Both the position numbers and the translations under genes were made by a program. From Octopus bimaculoides (lineage: Eukaryota), in assembly GCF_001194135.2 (NCBI RefSeq), contig NC_068991.1:36823737-36887736 (forward strand): a stretch of DNA of 64,000 nucleotides. Reading direction: 5' to 3'. The number at the start of each line of letters is the position of its first letter. Position 1 is the stretch's first letter. The notes under the pieces are model-generated. The model made no database searches, was not told the origin of the DNA, and saw nothing but the letters and a program-made list of their open reading frames with translations. Positions 50,562-64,000 of this stretch are shown here, piece after piece.

Positions 50562-50594
50562 GGGACACATGAGCTCAGGTTAACAGAAGGGGAA
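50562..50594 (+). CDS. candidate 33-nt coding micro-exon (GTHELRLTEGE), gene unknown
   Basis: tttgctcacAG acceptor and GTGAGA donor; length is a multiple of 3; only phase 0 is open; non-repetitive surroundings. No homology recognised. Confidence 0.25.
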
Positions 50595-51891
50595 GTGAGA
50601 CTATATGACATTCATGCCGTTCTCAAGAGCATTTACAACATAAGTGGCTCTTCGGCCGGAAATCGGAATTAGGTCATGGATCCGGCTGGACGGAAGCTTG
50701 TCGTTTGCTTCCTTAACGGAGTTCGCAATTCACTGGACATTATTAATTATCAAACCGAACGGAAAAAAAGAAAAGAAAAGAAATAGAAAATGAAAACAGA
50801 TAAAATAATAAGCTAAAAACAACGAAAATCCATAAATCAAGCCCTACGAAGTGCATGCTCAAAAGATTCGCTGTTATATTCTCTTCTCATATGGTCTTCC
50901 TTTAGCTCTAAATAAAACAAATATCACGAGAGAAAAAGAGAAAAAGAGAAAAAGGAGATTCAGTCGCTAATTAGTCTTTGACTTTCTAAATATGGAGACT
51001 TTTTTTTATATTATTTACAACTTATGGAACGGTGTAGGGAAGGGTAATATAAAGCGGCTGAAGAACCCTTGAAGGATTTTTTTGTTTTTTTTTATGTAAG
51101 GAAATATACCCTATCCCTTCTAGGTTCTTTTGTTCGTTACCATTGTCTTCCGCAGTAGGCGATACAGAATGCTATCTTGACGGACGTATCTTCGCACCTA
51201 GTCCGGCGGTGTGATCTTGTTCACATCAAACTCTGTTCTTGTAGCGTCGCCACGTTTGCCATAAGCATCTTAAAAGGAGGAATGGGGAAAATATGGAAGC
51301 TTCTTGCAGTGACTATAGACAAAACTGATTGATCCAACAGTAAACAGTTTACATCCGACTCGATCCCTCTCAAGATGTTGAAGATGTTCCACCTGCAGTA
51401 GAATTAACACAAATTTGTTAAGTATATTTTTATTACTACTAATTGTTTGTCAGTTTTAAATATCATAAAGCAAATACTGGTTGTTGTTGCGTTTGTTGTC
51501 CCCCACTCAACATGCGTCAAACAGATCTATGATCAAAAGCCTCCTAGCCGTGACCATCCATTTTTCAGATACATTTTCTAGAGCAATGACACTCAAACGT
51601 CGTGTTTCTAGGAGTCTATAGGTGTGGTGTGGAATTTGAAAAATATAATTTAATGGTTTAGAAAATCCATTCTTCTAATGTTTGTTTGTCTTGAAAAACC
51701 ATGTTATTTAGAATTTCATTTATACATATGATTAGTATTAAAACTGGTTATTTTATCCGAGATTATAAGTGCTTCCATTTGTACGTGCGAGTGTGATTAG
51801 TATTAAAAAAACTGGTAGGCAATAGTTTGTTTTTTCTCGTTTATAAATTCAAGACAATTTTTGCTTAACTTTCCATGTGTTATGCACCAAT

Positions 51892-51936
<45 letters not shown>

Positions 51937-53772
51937 NNNNNNNNNNNNNNNNNNNNNNNNNNNNNNNNNNNNNNNNNNNNNNNNNNNNNNNNNNNNNNNN
52001 NNNNNNNNNNNNNNNNNNNNNNNNNNNNNNNNNNNNNNNNNNNNNNNNNNNNNNNNNNNNNNNNNNNNNNNNNNNNNNNNNNNNNNNNNNNNNNNNNNNN
52101 NNNNNNNNNNNNNNNNNNNNNNNNNNNNNNNNNNNNNNNNNNNNNNNNNNNNNNNNNNNNNNNNNNNNNNNNNNNNNNNNNNNNNNNNNNNNNNNNCAGC
52201 AAAGAATGCCAGTTCTTCTAATTTATCACTCTTTACAGTTCTCATCTTTTAAATTTATTATACAAAACTGTTCAGCTAATTTGTAAGATTGTCTAATTAG
52301 TCACTTTTTTCTTTATTCAAGGTAGTAAATTTGCCAAATTCTACTTAAATAAGTATAGTGTTATTCATAAACTATAATAAAATAAGTTTTAATATTCAAA
52401 TTTTAATTTTAGCTGCAATATTTTAAGTGAAAAGTTTCTTATTCTTTACTTTACTAGAAGTAATAATAGCTTGTCCTATACTTTTCCAGGTGTAATAACT
52501 TGTCCTGTACTTTTCCAGGTTTATAATCTTAAGAATATGACTTTTCATGCTCGCATTTTTCCATGTAATCCATGATTTTTCGAAGCATTGCTGTTATAAG
52601 ATAATTAACGTGTCAATTAATAATTTAAGATTTTACCTTATAAAATACTGAAAGATAATATTTCAATTTTTCCATGAAAGTGATGATAATATTTTAATTT
52701 TTTCATGTTTAATTTAAATATATGTTGTGGCTGAATTATTTGACATTACTCATTTACACCAAATTAATAGCAGGGATTTTTACCATGTTGTTGGTTGCAC
52801 CATGGCTCATCAAAAGTTACAAACAAGACCCCAAAACCATCAGTTACCAGGTTCACCTTAAGTAACCTAATTTTGCAATATTAGGAAGTCACAGGAATTC
52901 ATTCAACGAAAAAACAATTTCCAATGATTCTGGGATTGGGAGGGAACCCCTTACCTCATTTTTTCCGAACCAAAACAAGGGATTTGCAGCATATTAGGAG
53001 GTCAGGGTATTTGATTCCACGCAAAAAAATTTGCCTTACTGCCCCTCTTGAGGTCGCAGATATTTTGATGTAACTTTTTTCTACTGAACCAAATCTCAAA
53101 CTATTTATGCCAAAGTGTAGCTGAGGAGGTGTCCTCTTTAACACTATTAACAGTTTGCAATTTAGTTGAGAACTGAATTAGTGGTGAAGCTTGGAAGCTG
53201 CTGCGATTGACGAAATGGTGGACTTAAGAATATTTTCAACCACTACCGTGGTTGAATAATATAATGAAATATTTGCAAACTTATGAGAAGGAATAGAGAG
53301 AGATACTGAGTGATATTCTTGCATTGCTCATGAATTTTCAGAACGATTGAAATGAAGTGATTTCAGCTCTTTGCATAGGATACAATAACATACATGTTAC
53401 GATGACAGATCGAATATCGGAAAGGGCAGGGTGAGAGTTTTACACACACTACATTTGAAAGTGCAACAGAGAGAAGAAAAGACCGAGAGAAATCAAGATA
53501 ACACGAGGAATAAAGACATATCAGAATTGGATGGTGGAAGAAGAGACATAAAGAAGTAAATTGAGAGAGATGTAAACGAGTAGATAATTAAATATACACC
53601 CACAATGGTAAATGTAAAGACTGATATTTAGAGAGAAGCGAAACAGAGATGTTTACATAGGTGTGCGTGTGTAAATGAAAATAAAAAACGGAGAGAGGGA
53701 AAGGCTATGTGCGTGTACGTTTGCATATATATTGCATGTATTCAATGTAGACATATATATATGTGTGCGTAT

Positions 53773-53856
<84 letters not shown>

Positions 53857-54024
53857 TCGCACGTACACATGGAAGCACTTATAATCTCGTATAAAATAAC
53901 CAGTTTTTATTATCGGAAAGGAATTGTCCAAACCTGATCTCAATAAGCGGCTTTTACTTTGTATGAATATGTGTGAATTATGGGAAGGGAGGGGGAGAGA
54001 AAGAGAGATAAAAAGAAGACGGTG

Positions 54025-54071
<47 letters not shown>

Positions 54072-55829
54072 GATGGTTGGGTGGATAGATAAATGTATGT
54101 ATGTTGAATAATTTTGGAGAGAGAAGGCGATGGGTTGAGAAGGGGGCTAATATGATGAGAAATTGAGAAAGGAAAGAGTAAAGAAAAAGAGAAAGAGAGA
54201 AAGGAGAGGGAGAGATAGAGAGAGAAAAAAATTAACGTGGAAGTGATTAATAGGAGAATTAGTTTTCAGTAATTTACAGAAGTGACAAGGAAGCGGTGGT
54301 GAGAAACGAACCTTGATGTTTAGGATAGAAGGAAAATAGAAAAGTGGGCGTTATTTAAAGACGAAACACTCAGAGGTAAAGGAAGAAAGAGGAATGAAAG
54401 AATATGGAGAAAGCGGACTCGAAAAGAGGAAGGACGGAGAAAAAAGTGAAGAAAATAGAAAAGAAAATGTTTAATCTGTCGTTTGATTTTTTTCTCTTTT
54501 TTTGACAGAGAAAAATATGAAAGTCTAAGAAAATAGATGAATGAAAAAAATATANNNNNNNNNNNNNNNNNNNNNNNNNNNNNNNNNNNNNNNNNNNNNN
54601 NNNNNNNNNNNNNNNNNNNNNNNNNNNNNNNNNNNNNNNNNNNNNNNNNNNNNNNNNNNNNNNNNNNNNNNNNNNNNNNNNNNNNNNNNNNNNNNNNNNN
54701 NNNNNNNNNNNNNNNNNNNNNNNNNNNNNNNNNNNNNNNNNNNNNNNNNNNNNNNNNNNNNNNNNNNNNNNNNNNNNNNNNNNNNNNNNNNNNNNNNNNN
54801 NNNNNNNNNNNNNNNNNNNNNNNNNNNNNNNNNNNNNNNNNNNNNNNNNNNNNNNNNNNNNNNNNNNNNNNNNNNNNNNNNNNNNNNNNNNNNNNNNNNN
54901 NNNNNNNNNNNNNNNNNNNNNNNNNNNNNNNNNNNNNNNNNNNNNNNNNNNNNNNNNNNNNNNNNNNNNNNNNNNNNNNNNNNNNNNNNNNNNNNNNNNN
55001 NNNNNNNNNNNNNNNNNNNNNNNNNNNNNNNNNNNNNNNNNNNNNNNNNNNNNNNNNNNNNNNNNNNNNNNNNNNNNNNNNNNNNNNNNNNNNNNNNNNN
55101 NNNNNNNNNNNNNNNNNNNNNNNNNNNNNNNNNNNNNNNNNNNNNNNNNNNNNNNNNNNNNNNNNNNNNNNNNNNNNNNNNNNNNNNNNNNNNNNNNNNN
55201 NNNNNNNNNNNNNNNNNNNNNNNATATATATATATATATATATATATATAAACAAGTATATGTGAATACAATTGTACGCTTATATGTGTCTATATATATA
55301 TGGTAGGTAAGAAGATTCATACAAGTGTATTATACATGTGTGCAGCCAAATATATGCATCCATATATCTATGAATTCTTTATGTATATATATATGTGTAT
55401 GTGCATGTGTGCGTTTGTGTGTTTGCTTGTTTCTAAACTTATGAAAGTGCAGCGTTAGGGTCGAGGAGGGGAGAACGAAGTGTTGTTGCTGAGTGGAGTT
55501 GAGTGGAGTGGCATAGAGTGAGTGCGGTATAACGGAGTGGAATGCAGGACGCGGATGGGGTGGAAGAGAGAATAAAGGAAAGGTGGTTGTAGAGTATCGT
55601 TTTTCAGAAACAGACCAATTAAGCATTTGCTGATGATATTGGCACTTTTAACGAAATAGCACAATAATTGGAGCTTCAAAGCTCTACCACGCTTCGGTGA
55701 ACATATAACGACTTTTTCTGTAAAAACAAAAAGATAAATGAAGGATTAAAAATATATAAATAATAATAATGCTAAACAGTAGTTGTTGTTGCTATTGCAA
55801 TATTATTATTATTATCATCATCATCATCA

Positions 55830-55941
<112 letters not shown>

Positions 55942-56146
55942 GGCGGTGAGCCAGCAGCAACGTTAGCTATCCAGCCAAAATACTTTGCAGAATTTCTTCC
56001 GGTTCTTTACATTCTGAGTTCAAATTCCGCTGAGGTTGACTTTGCCTTTCATCCTTTCGGATCGATAAAATAAGTACCAGTTGAGCACTGGAATCTATGT
56101 AATCGACTTGCCCCAAAATTCCAGTCCTTATGCCTGTAAGAGAAAG

Positions 56147-56150
<4 letters not shown>
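55942..56150 (+). mobile_element. SINE family A between (TTA)n tracts
   Basis: Follows a (TTA)n/(TCA)n tract (about 55800-55940) and ends in (TTA)n. Confidence 0.88.
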
Positions 56151-56183
<33 letters not shown>

Positions 56184-56289
56184 GTTATACTTTCTTTATT
56201 GTCTTTTCTTTATTAGCTGATGGTTTCAAGCATAAACGTAGCACTGCTGCAAAACTCTTAAACTCTGTATGAGCCGAAATTTTTTAATA

Positions 56290-56870
56290 ACTTATATTTT
56301 GATTGCACCATTCTTCAGCAGAGCTGCTACTCCCATTCTTCTGTCAGTTGCAGCAGACGTTGTCCGCCCATACGCCAATAAACACGTTTGGCACATATAT
56401 ACGAAGCTCGAAAGTTGGAACATTCAAGCTTCTCGCTAACTATATCTCAGCTGCTGTTATCGGCTTTTCACAGTTTTTGTCAACCGAGAGTCAGGACAGA
56501 TGATTGATTAAGGTAGGCATTAAAGTCTGCTACGTTCTCTGATTCACCTTCACTGTGAACATTTGAGCAAAATTCTATAGGAAAGTCGCACACGCCTGCG
56601 ATTTTGCCGCCTCATTGCTCTGCGACGCGTGTCCAACAAACGGCTTTAGATCCACGTGACAAAGAGCACCACCTTTAACTTTGAGGCTCTTTTCCCCTGG
56701 GTTTTGGCCGACACACAGTGATACACCACCATCTTCCAGGCTGTCACTGTCAAAATCTCAGCTGGGAGAGCACTTGTGCTCTCTTACGCATTCACTTTCA
56801 AAAGTTGTGCCACTTGGGTAAGGTCTACCTTCTTGTCCTTTAGGGAAAGTGACAAATGTTGTGTTGATTA
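56290..56870 (-). mobile_element. L1/Tx1-like LINE relic (linker to start of RT)
   Basis: NFAQMF..DFNAYL..CEKPITAAEI..FEL..YVPNVF...CN*QKNG resembles the Tx1 pre-RT region; degenerate. Confidence 0.45.
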
Positions 56871-57449
56871 CGCCTCCATCTCAACAAGAACTTACCTGCC
56901 CGTGAAGTTGCAGCCGCCACGTTTTCGTTGTTATTCTCGATGTTGTTGCTGTTACCGCGATTACTACTTTTGTTGCTACTGTTCTTGTTGTTATTGCTGC
57001 TGTAGATGTCACATTTTTATAACTGCTACAATTGCTATTGCTCCTGTCATTAAAGACGATGTCATTACTATTGCTGTTATTAGCGTTGCTGTTCTTTCTC
57101 TTTGTACAACCTTGTAGTGGTATGATATCTTCCTGACACCTTTTCGTTGGATCTGGTGTTGGTCGCTATAATTTCAAACAGACCAAATAAAAACAGATGA
57201 AAGAAAATAAATGTTGCGAAAATTGTGCCCTTTAGAGCACAATTTAGCAGTTACCCACCTTTCATCCAATCAAGTAAGATCTTTATTTCAAGTTTTAACA
57301 AACACTTACTCATAGGCATCTAACAATTTTTCCCTCGCCCACAAATATTAGCACTTGAACATATCACTTGTGTATATGTGCATGTGTGTATGTATACACA
57401 CGCACGTGCGCGCGCGCACACACACAAGCTAACACATAAGTATACATAC

Positions 57450-57480
<31 letters not shown>

Positions 57481-58695
57481 NNNNNNNNNNNNNNNNNNNN
57501 NNNNNNNNNNNNNNNNNNNNNNNNNNNNNNNNNNNNNNNNNNNNNNNNNNNNNNNNNNNNNNNNNNNNNNNNNNNNNNNNNNNNNNNNNNNNNNNNNNNN
57601 NNNNNNNNNNNNNNNNNNNNNNNNNNNNNNNNNNNNNNNNNNNNNNNNNNNNNNNNNNNNNNNNNNNNNNNNNNNNNNNNNNNNNNNNNNNNNNNNNNNN
57701 NNNNNNATATATATATATATATATAAGAAGATAAGAAAATAGAGAGATAATTAATATTAATTATTTATTAATTAAAACATTAGACATCATCTCTGACAGC
57801 CGTTTCGATTTAGAAATGAATTACCATAATTAGAATCATTTAAGTCGAATCTCATCACAGTTGGCTAAAGATATACAATTAGGTGTTCATATTCCTGCTT
57901 GTTGAGTACACAGCTCCACACCGTTAATATATACATGAGAGGCTTTGATATTCAGAAGACCCAAAATGCAGGTAAGACTATGTAAGTGCTACGGAAGGAC
58001 TGCTGTTAGACTCCCGGTTCGATAATAGTATGAGTGAGGAATATAACGCAGTCGTGTGTGAGAGTATAACATCCAACATATATTGTTGAAATTAGTGTTT
58101 ATAAGGTGAAACTCACTATCGGAAGATATTTGGAGTTACTTTCGGCGAAACTTGACGAATAATCAATCGATAACAAGTGCAAAAGTAACAATATATTTGC
58201 AAAATGAGTAGAATATTATTTGAGTGTAACTAAATTGAAAGAACGAATCCAAGAGAAAAGTCAGAAAAAAATCAGTATATGACGGTTTTATTGTATTTTC
58301 ATTGCTTAAGATAATAAACATTACATCTTTAAAAATATCGTGTGATACTATGAAACGATGTTGTTATTGTGTGCAATTCATAGATTAAATGAAATATTAT
58401 ACTTTTCCTGTTATTTATTCTTCACTAATATTGTTACTTTTTTTATTGGTTTGTTTTCCCGTGACCTTATTTTCAGTCAGTGTATGAACATATCTGATTC
58501 AAAACATTTGAACAACTCATTCATTTTGACACTCTATAAATTAATTGCGTTCGCTAAAAGACTTTTTAAAGATAACGTTGTTTCTAACAAGTGAAGTAAC
58601 AACTAATTTGTCATGTTTTAGAAATTAGATCTCATACTAATACACAGGGGCTTCATAAAGTTTCGTCGAATTAGGGAAAGAAAAAACAAATTAAT

Positions 58696-59045
58696 GCGTG
58701 GCTGTATGGTAGGAAGCTTGCTTTACAACCATATAGTTCCGGGTTTAGTCCCATGACCTTGAGCTGACCAAAGCCTTGTGAGTGGATTCAGTAGTTGGAA
58801 ACTGAAAGAAGCTCGTCGTATATATGCATGTGTGTGTGTGCGTGTGTGTATGCATATGTGCGTACGTGTGTGAATGTGTGTGAATGTGTGTGTGTGTGTG
58901 TGTGTGTTCCAGGCCGATAGAACAAGTACCTGGTTTGACAATAAAAAGTACTGGTGTCGATTCATTCGACAAAAAATTCTTCAAGGTGATGTCTCAGCAT
59001 GGCTGCAGTCAGATGACTGGAGCAAGAGAAAGATAAAAGATAGAA
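58696..59045 (+). mobile_element. SINE family C with internal (TG)n and 3' tail
   Basis: Head, ccttgtgagtggatt..gaaactgaaagaagc body, and tail cttcaagg..cagcatggctgcagtc. A tail-only copy lies at about 21630-21700. Confidence 0.8.
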
Positions 59046-59234
59046 TGATTTTCATAGGAATAATTTCTTATATAGAAAATAACGAGGATCAAGGAATGAG
59101 AGATTGTGGTTGTTATTGGTGTTGCTTTTCGAAACAGGTCAGCTCGAATTCATTCCAACCGTGAGTAATTAGTCCTTTTCCTAGAGATAGCATATCTCAC
59201 ATCATGAGGACGGAATCGTTAGACTGCATCGGAA

Positions 59235-59825
59235 AAATGATTAGCGGCATTTCTTCTGGTTCTTTATGTTCTGATTTCAACTCCCAATGTGGTCAACTTT
59301 ACCTTTACGCCACTTGGTGTCGCAAAAATAAAGTCCCGCTCACATACTGGGGTCGATGTTATGAACAAACCCCTCCCTTCAAAATTGTTACTTTTGGGCC
59401 AACATAAGAAAACAACATTTAGTTAGGGAGCTAGTTTTGGCAGAATAGTTGGAGCATCGGAAAAAAATGCCTTTCCAAACTTGCTCTGGCACTGTTTTTA
59501 ATTTTAATTTTTACTTTGTGAGTTCAAATCTCGTCGAGGTAACTTCGCCGTTCGGAGTCGATAAAGTATTAGATTAGTAATAGGATCGATGGCATTGGTT
59601 TACTCTTCCCACGAAAGTTGATGGCTTTGATTTCAATTAGAAGCTTGGAACATCCTGAACTAGCAGGACAAAAATGCCGAGTAGCATTTCGTCTCTTTAT
59701 ACATTCTGAGTTCAAATTCCGCCGAGATCGACTTTGCCTTTCATCCCCTTGAAGCAGGGGGTCAATGTAATCAACTCTCCCCACAAATTTCAAGCCTTGT
59801 GCTTATTGTAGAAAGGATTATTATT
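59235..59825 (+). mobile_element. three tandem degenerate SINE A copies (about 59235-59400, 59430-59600, 59655-59825)
   Basis: Each retains the B box and/or central domain; the third is the clearest. Confidence 0.7.
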
Positions 59826-60223
59826 ATGTTTTCTATTGAAAATCCTGCTGTCAGTGGCTTTATCTTTCATCTTTTCGGAGACGATTAAATATCAGTGAAG
59901 TTCTGGATCCCTCTTAAACGACAGTCGCTTATTCGCTGCCGCCACCCAATGTTTTGCCTTGTACCACTGCTATAAATCATTATATACATAGAATATCAAA
60001 CAGTATACGTTTGTAAACAACATTCCTTGTGGAAGAGAGGTGAAAATTATCAAAGGAACTGCCGACAGGAATCGAACCTAACATGTTTGTCTGTACGTTC
60101 CTTCTTAAACTGTTATTTACATATCTATATCGTTTAATATTGTTTGCGCAGACTCTCTCTAGCCACTGATTCACTCACTCATTTAATCAAATACGCGCGC
60201 GCACACACACACACACAGACACA

Positions 60224-60279
<56 letters not shown>

Positions 60280-60635
60280 NNNNNNNNNNNNNNNNNNNNN
60301 NNNNNNNNNNNNNNNNNNNNNNNNNNNNNNNNNNNNNNNNNNNNNNNNNNNNNNNNNNNNNNNNNNNNNNNNNNNNNNNNNNNNNNNNNNNNNNATATAC
60401 ACACGAATGCATGTATGTAAGTATGTATGTATCTGTCGAAAAGTATATATTTCCATGTCAAACTCAGGTAATATTTGCTTGTATAAGCAATGTTTAAAGA
60501 TCGCCCGTAACACGTTTCGATGGAAACTATTTAAAGCTATTTGTCTATGTATGTCAATATATACCTATATAATTGTGCGTGTGTGTGTGTGCGTGTGTGC
60601 GTGCGCGTGTGCGTGTGTGTGCGTGTGTTTGCGTG

Positions 60636-60678
<43 letters not shown>

Positions 60679-60861
60679 GCGTACACCATTATATGATGTA
60701 CGTGTTTGAATAGTCAGTGTTTCATCAAAGCCACTGGGATATAAACATGTACTTGTTGAAACGTTTATGTCTGGTTTTAAAGCCAAATGTCGACACTGAA
60801 CTACTGGTCAGTTTTCTGACCGACATTTTACAAAAGACGATAGGTACACACGCACGCACAT

Positions 60862-60906
<45 letters not shown>

Positions 60907-61769
60907 TGAATGCATATGTGTGTGTGTGTATTGGTATTATTGATGCACGAATATATGTATATATAAGTATATATGTATATATAGTATATATATAAGTATA
61001 TATGTATATATAAGTATATATAAGTATATATAAGTATATATATATAAGTATATATGTATATACATATGTATGTTTGTATGAACGCATACATACATACACA
61101 CACACACATTCACACACACACACGCGCACAGACACACACACACACATATATATATATACATACGCATAAATATATACAGGCCAACGTACGTACATGCATA
61201 CCTGCTTGCATACTTTTTTGCTTATTACTATGCTATAAATACCTTAAATTTTCAACAATGTCGCGTTAGAAATAAGGTGTGTTGTATTTGCTGAGATATC
61301 TGCTCAGGTTATTTCTTCTACTCCCATACTCGATGGTCATTCACATTTTAAGAAACAGTCATTTACTCTATATCCACTCTTCAAATATCAATTTGTATAT
61401 CATACTCAATGTAGATACATCGTTGAAAGCCCGTTTAAGTACTAAAAGAAGTATTGAAATATATTTCAGCAGCGGACGAAAATCGTCCAGCAGCGGTTGT
61501 GACATTGCTAAATATGTATTTCTCCTTCTTTGAGGTTCGTCAGTAGCTAGTATACACTAGCACCACCCACTAAGAGAAAATCAGCCACTATAGTGTTGTT
61601 GTTTTTTAACAATGTATGTCTATGAGAGATGCTTTCTCGAGATGAGTACCACAGTTTAGCAGGTTTTCAACGATATATCTGCTTTAAGCAGTCTGCTGTT
61701 ATGAAGTAGTAGTGCTTCTGTCGCTAATAACGAACTCTTCAAATATGAATACATTTTGATACCACACAG

Positions 61770-61809
<40 letters not shown>

Positions 61810-61819
61810 NNNNNNNNNN

Positions 61820-61861
<42 letters not shown>

Positions 61862-63903
61862 AACGCACGCACATAATCAAACATACATATACTTACATAT
61901 ATTCACAAACAGCTCGTGATAGAAACCAATTGTCAACAAAATGCTCTTGAACTGACTATTGTTATGTGGTATGCATTAAAGAAAACAGGACTAAATGTCA
62001 TATTCAGATATGTTATCTTTAATTGTTGAATGGTTTTCAAATTGCCTTTGCATGATTGATTTCCACATTTAATCGATAGATTAGTGAATGGGGAAATCAG
62101 TGTTCAAGAATAAGAGAATGAGTTTTAAAGGATGTGACCGAATAGTGAATTTCGCTGGTCAGTCTTGAAGTTCAGTTACACTATATTACAGGTAGGTGCA
62201 AAACCGGTTAAAGGGACCGGCAGCTCATGCAGAAAACGAGAAACCAAATGCTCGCATACATCATGTCGTATATTTGAGATCTTTGATGCACAAACAGAAA
62301 AATGTGAAATTTAAAAAAATAGAAAAAAGTTATCTTTTTATTTTCGTCTTTTATTCCTGCATCTGTTGGTTTTACTCCCTGACAGAATTTTAAAACAGTA
62401 TACTTCTAAGGACGCTGGAGTTCATCCAGGTCGCCAACAACAGTTAGTTACGACCCTGGGTAACTTTCTCTTACCGCAATCACTGATTAATACAAATTTT
62501 GAGAGTGAGATTTGGTTAACGGAAACTGTACGGAAGCCCGGCTGATTGTACTTGTAAGTGAAAGGACCTACCATGCCACACACACACACACACACACTCT
62601 CTCTCTCTCTCTCTCTTTGTTCTCCATGTCTCCCACTCTCTCTCTTTATCTTTCTCTTCCTGTCCTCCACTCCCTCTCTGTCTTTCTCTCTCTCTCTCCC
62701 CTCTCTCTCTGAAACTGCCTGAGGTTTAAGTTAACCAATATGTCTTCCAACAACAATCATCTATTTCACCTACTCATTACACCTATTCGTTTGAAAGATG
62801 AATTAAGCAGATGATTAAATGACTTTTGTGGATTGTATTGCCTTTAACGGGATATGAAGCATCCCTCGTTTAGCTGGTAAACCGATTATATATTAGATTC
62901 ATTCAGGTAGGGTGACACTACAAATAATTGAATAAATGAGAGAGAATGTAAGAGAAAAAACAGGGAGGCAGAATGAATGAATGAATAAATAAATGAATGA
63001 ATGAACGAACGAATGAATGAATGAATGAATGGAAAGAAAAAGGACAGAGAAATGTTAGAAAACAATGTAAACAAACAAGAAAAAAGCAACAATGGAAAAT
63101 TTCTTTTTCTTTTTATTGTCGAGCCTTTCAAGTCTTTATTAAATCAAAGTCGGTGTTTTTGAAGTCAATTTATTTAAGTTACTTGTCTTTTTTTATTGTT
63201 TGTAGGCATGCTAGAGAGCACACATCGGGGCGTATGTATGTGTATGTATATGACATTGGTGTGTGTGTGTGTGTGTGTGCGTGCTTGCGTGCGTGTATGT
63301 GTGTGCATGCGTGCGTCTGTGTGTATGTGCGCGCGCGTGTTTTAAACCATTTAGCGTTTCTTTAAGGTATTTTTTCAACCATTTTAATTGAAGATTTCAT
63401 TAGGGTCTGCATTTGTCGGAAAATTTCAGCAATTGAATGATATCTTTGATACATAATTCAAGAGNNNNNNNNNNNNNNNNNNNNNNNNNNNNNNNNNNNN
63501 NNNNNNNNNNNNNNNNNNNNNNNNNNNNNNNNNNNNNNNNNNNNNNNNNNNNNNNNNNNNNNNNNNNNNNNNNNNNNNNNNNNNNNNNNNNNNNNNNNNN
63601 NNNNNNNNNNNNNNNNNNNNNNNNNNNNNNNNNNNNNNNNNNNNNNNNNNNNNNNNNNNNNNNNNNNNNNNNNNNNNNNNNNNNNNNNNNNNNNNNNNNN
63701 NNNNNNNNNNNNNNNNNNNNNNNNNNNNNNNNNNNNNNNNNNNNNNACACATACATATGTGTGTAGGCATACATGTGCATACATACAAGCAGGCATAGAT
63801 TTGATGGTGTTGAGCCTCGTTTGTGTAATCAATAACGCAGTTGTCCGGCAAATGAATGAAGTTTCAAGTCCAGTGTGCAGATATTCCATTTTTTTTTCTA
63901 CTC

Positions 63904-64000
63904 AAGGACCGAAATTTTTTTTTGGGGGGGGGAAGTCGATTAGATCGCAACTGGTACTTAAATTATCGACTTCGAAAAGATGAAAGGCAAAGTCGACCTC
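63904..64000 (-). mobile_element. SINE family A, 3' half; head lies outside the window
   Basis: agtcgattagatcg..ctggtacttaaattatcgac..gatgaaaggcaaagtcgacctc. Confidence 0.88.

Noticed and set aside
53235-53256. 9-bp hairpin ttcaaccac/gtggttgaa as a Helitron 3' signal
   Set aside because: No CTRR terminus downstream and no nearby Helitron sequence.

Overview
Eukaryotic, AT-rich, repeat-saturated draft-assembly window with 23 N-gaps (about 8.6 kb). Most gaps are flanked by microsatellites. The SINE families and microsatellite load resemble an octopod cephalopod (Octopus-like) genome; this is inference from remembered repeat families, not a database result. I recognise no intact host gene, rRNA, true tRNA or CRISPR array. 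Nearly all ORFs in the track are microsatellite or N-gap artefacts or antisense frames. Supported content: two mariner elements and one maT/DD37D-like transposase relic; a hAT-Charlie MITE with an 8-bp TSD; a Helitron N-terminal relic split across gaps; five R4/Dong-clade (REL endonuclease) LINE relics; CR1/L2-group, Tx1-like, Penelope-like and possible copia fragments; and many tRNA-derived SINE copies of at least three families. The most interesting signals: (i) six degenerate hammerhead-ribozyme-like motifs with palindromic, dimer-type stem III, two of them forming a 220-bp head-to-head palindrome; (ii) an R4/Dong copy bounded on both sides by (TACA)n rather than the usual (TAA)n; (iii) (TAA)n tracts used as nested landing pads; (iv) two further unrelated foldback elements; (v) a young 435-bp local duplication; (vi) one candidate 33-nt micro-exon.
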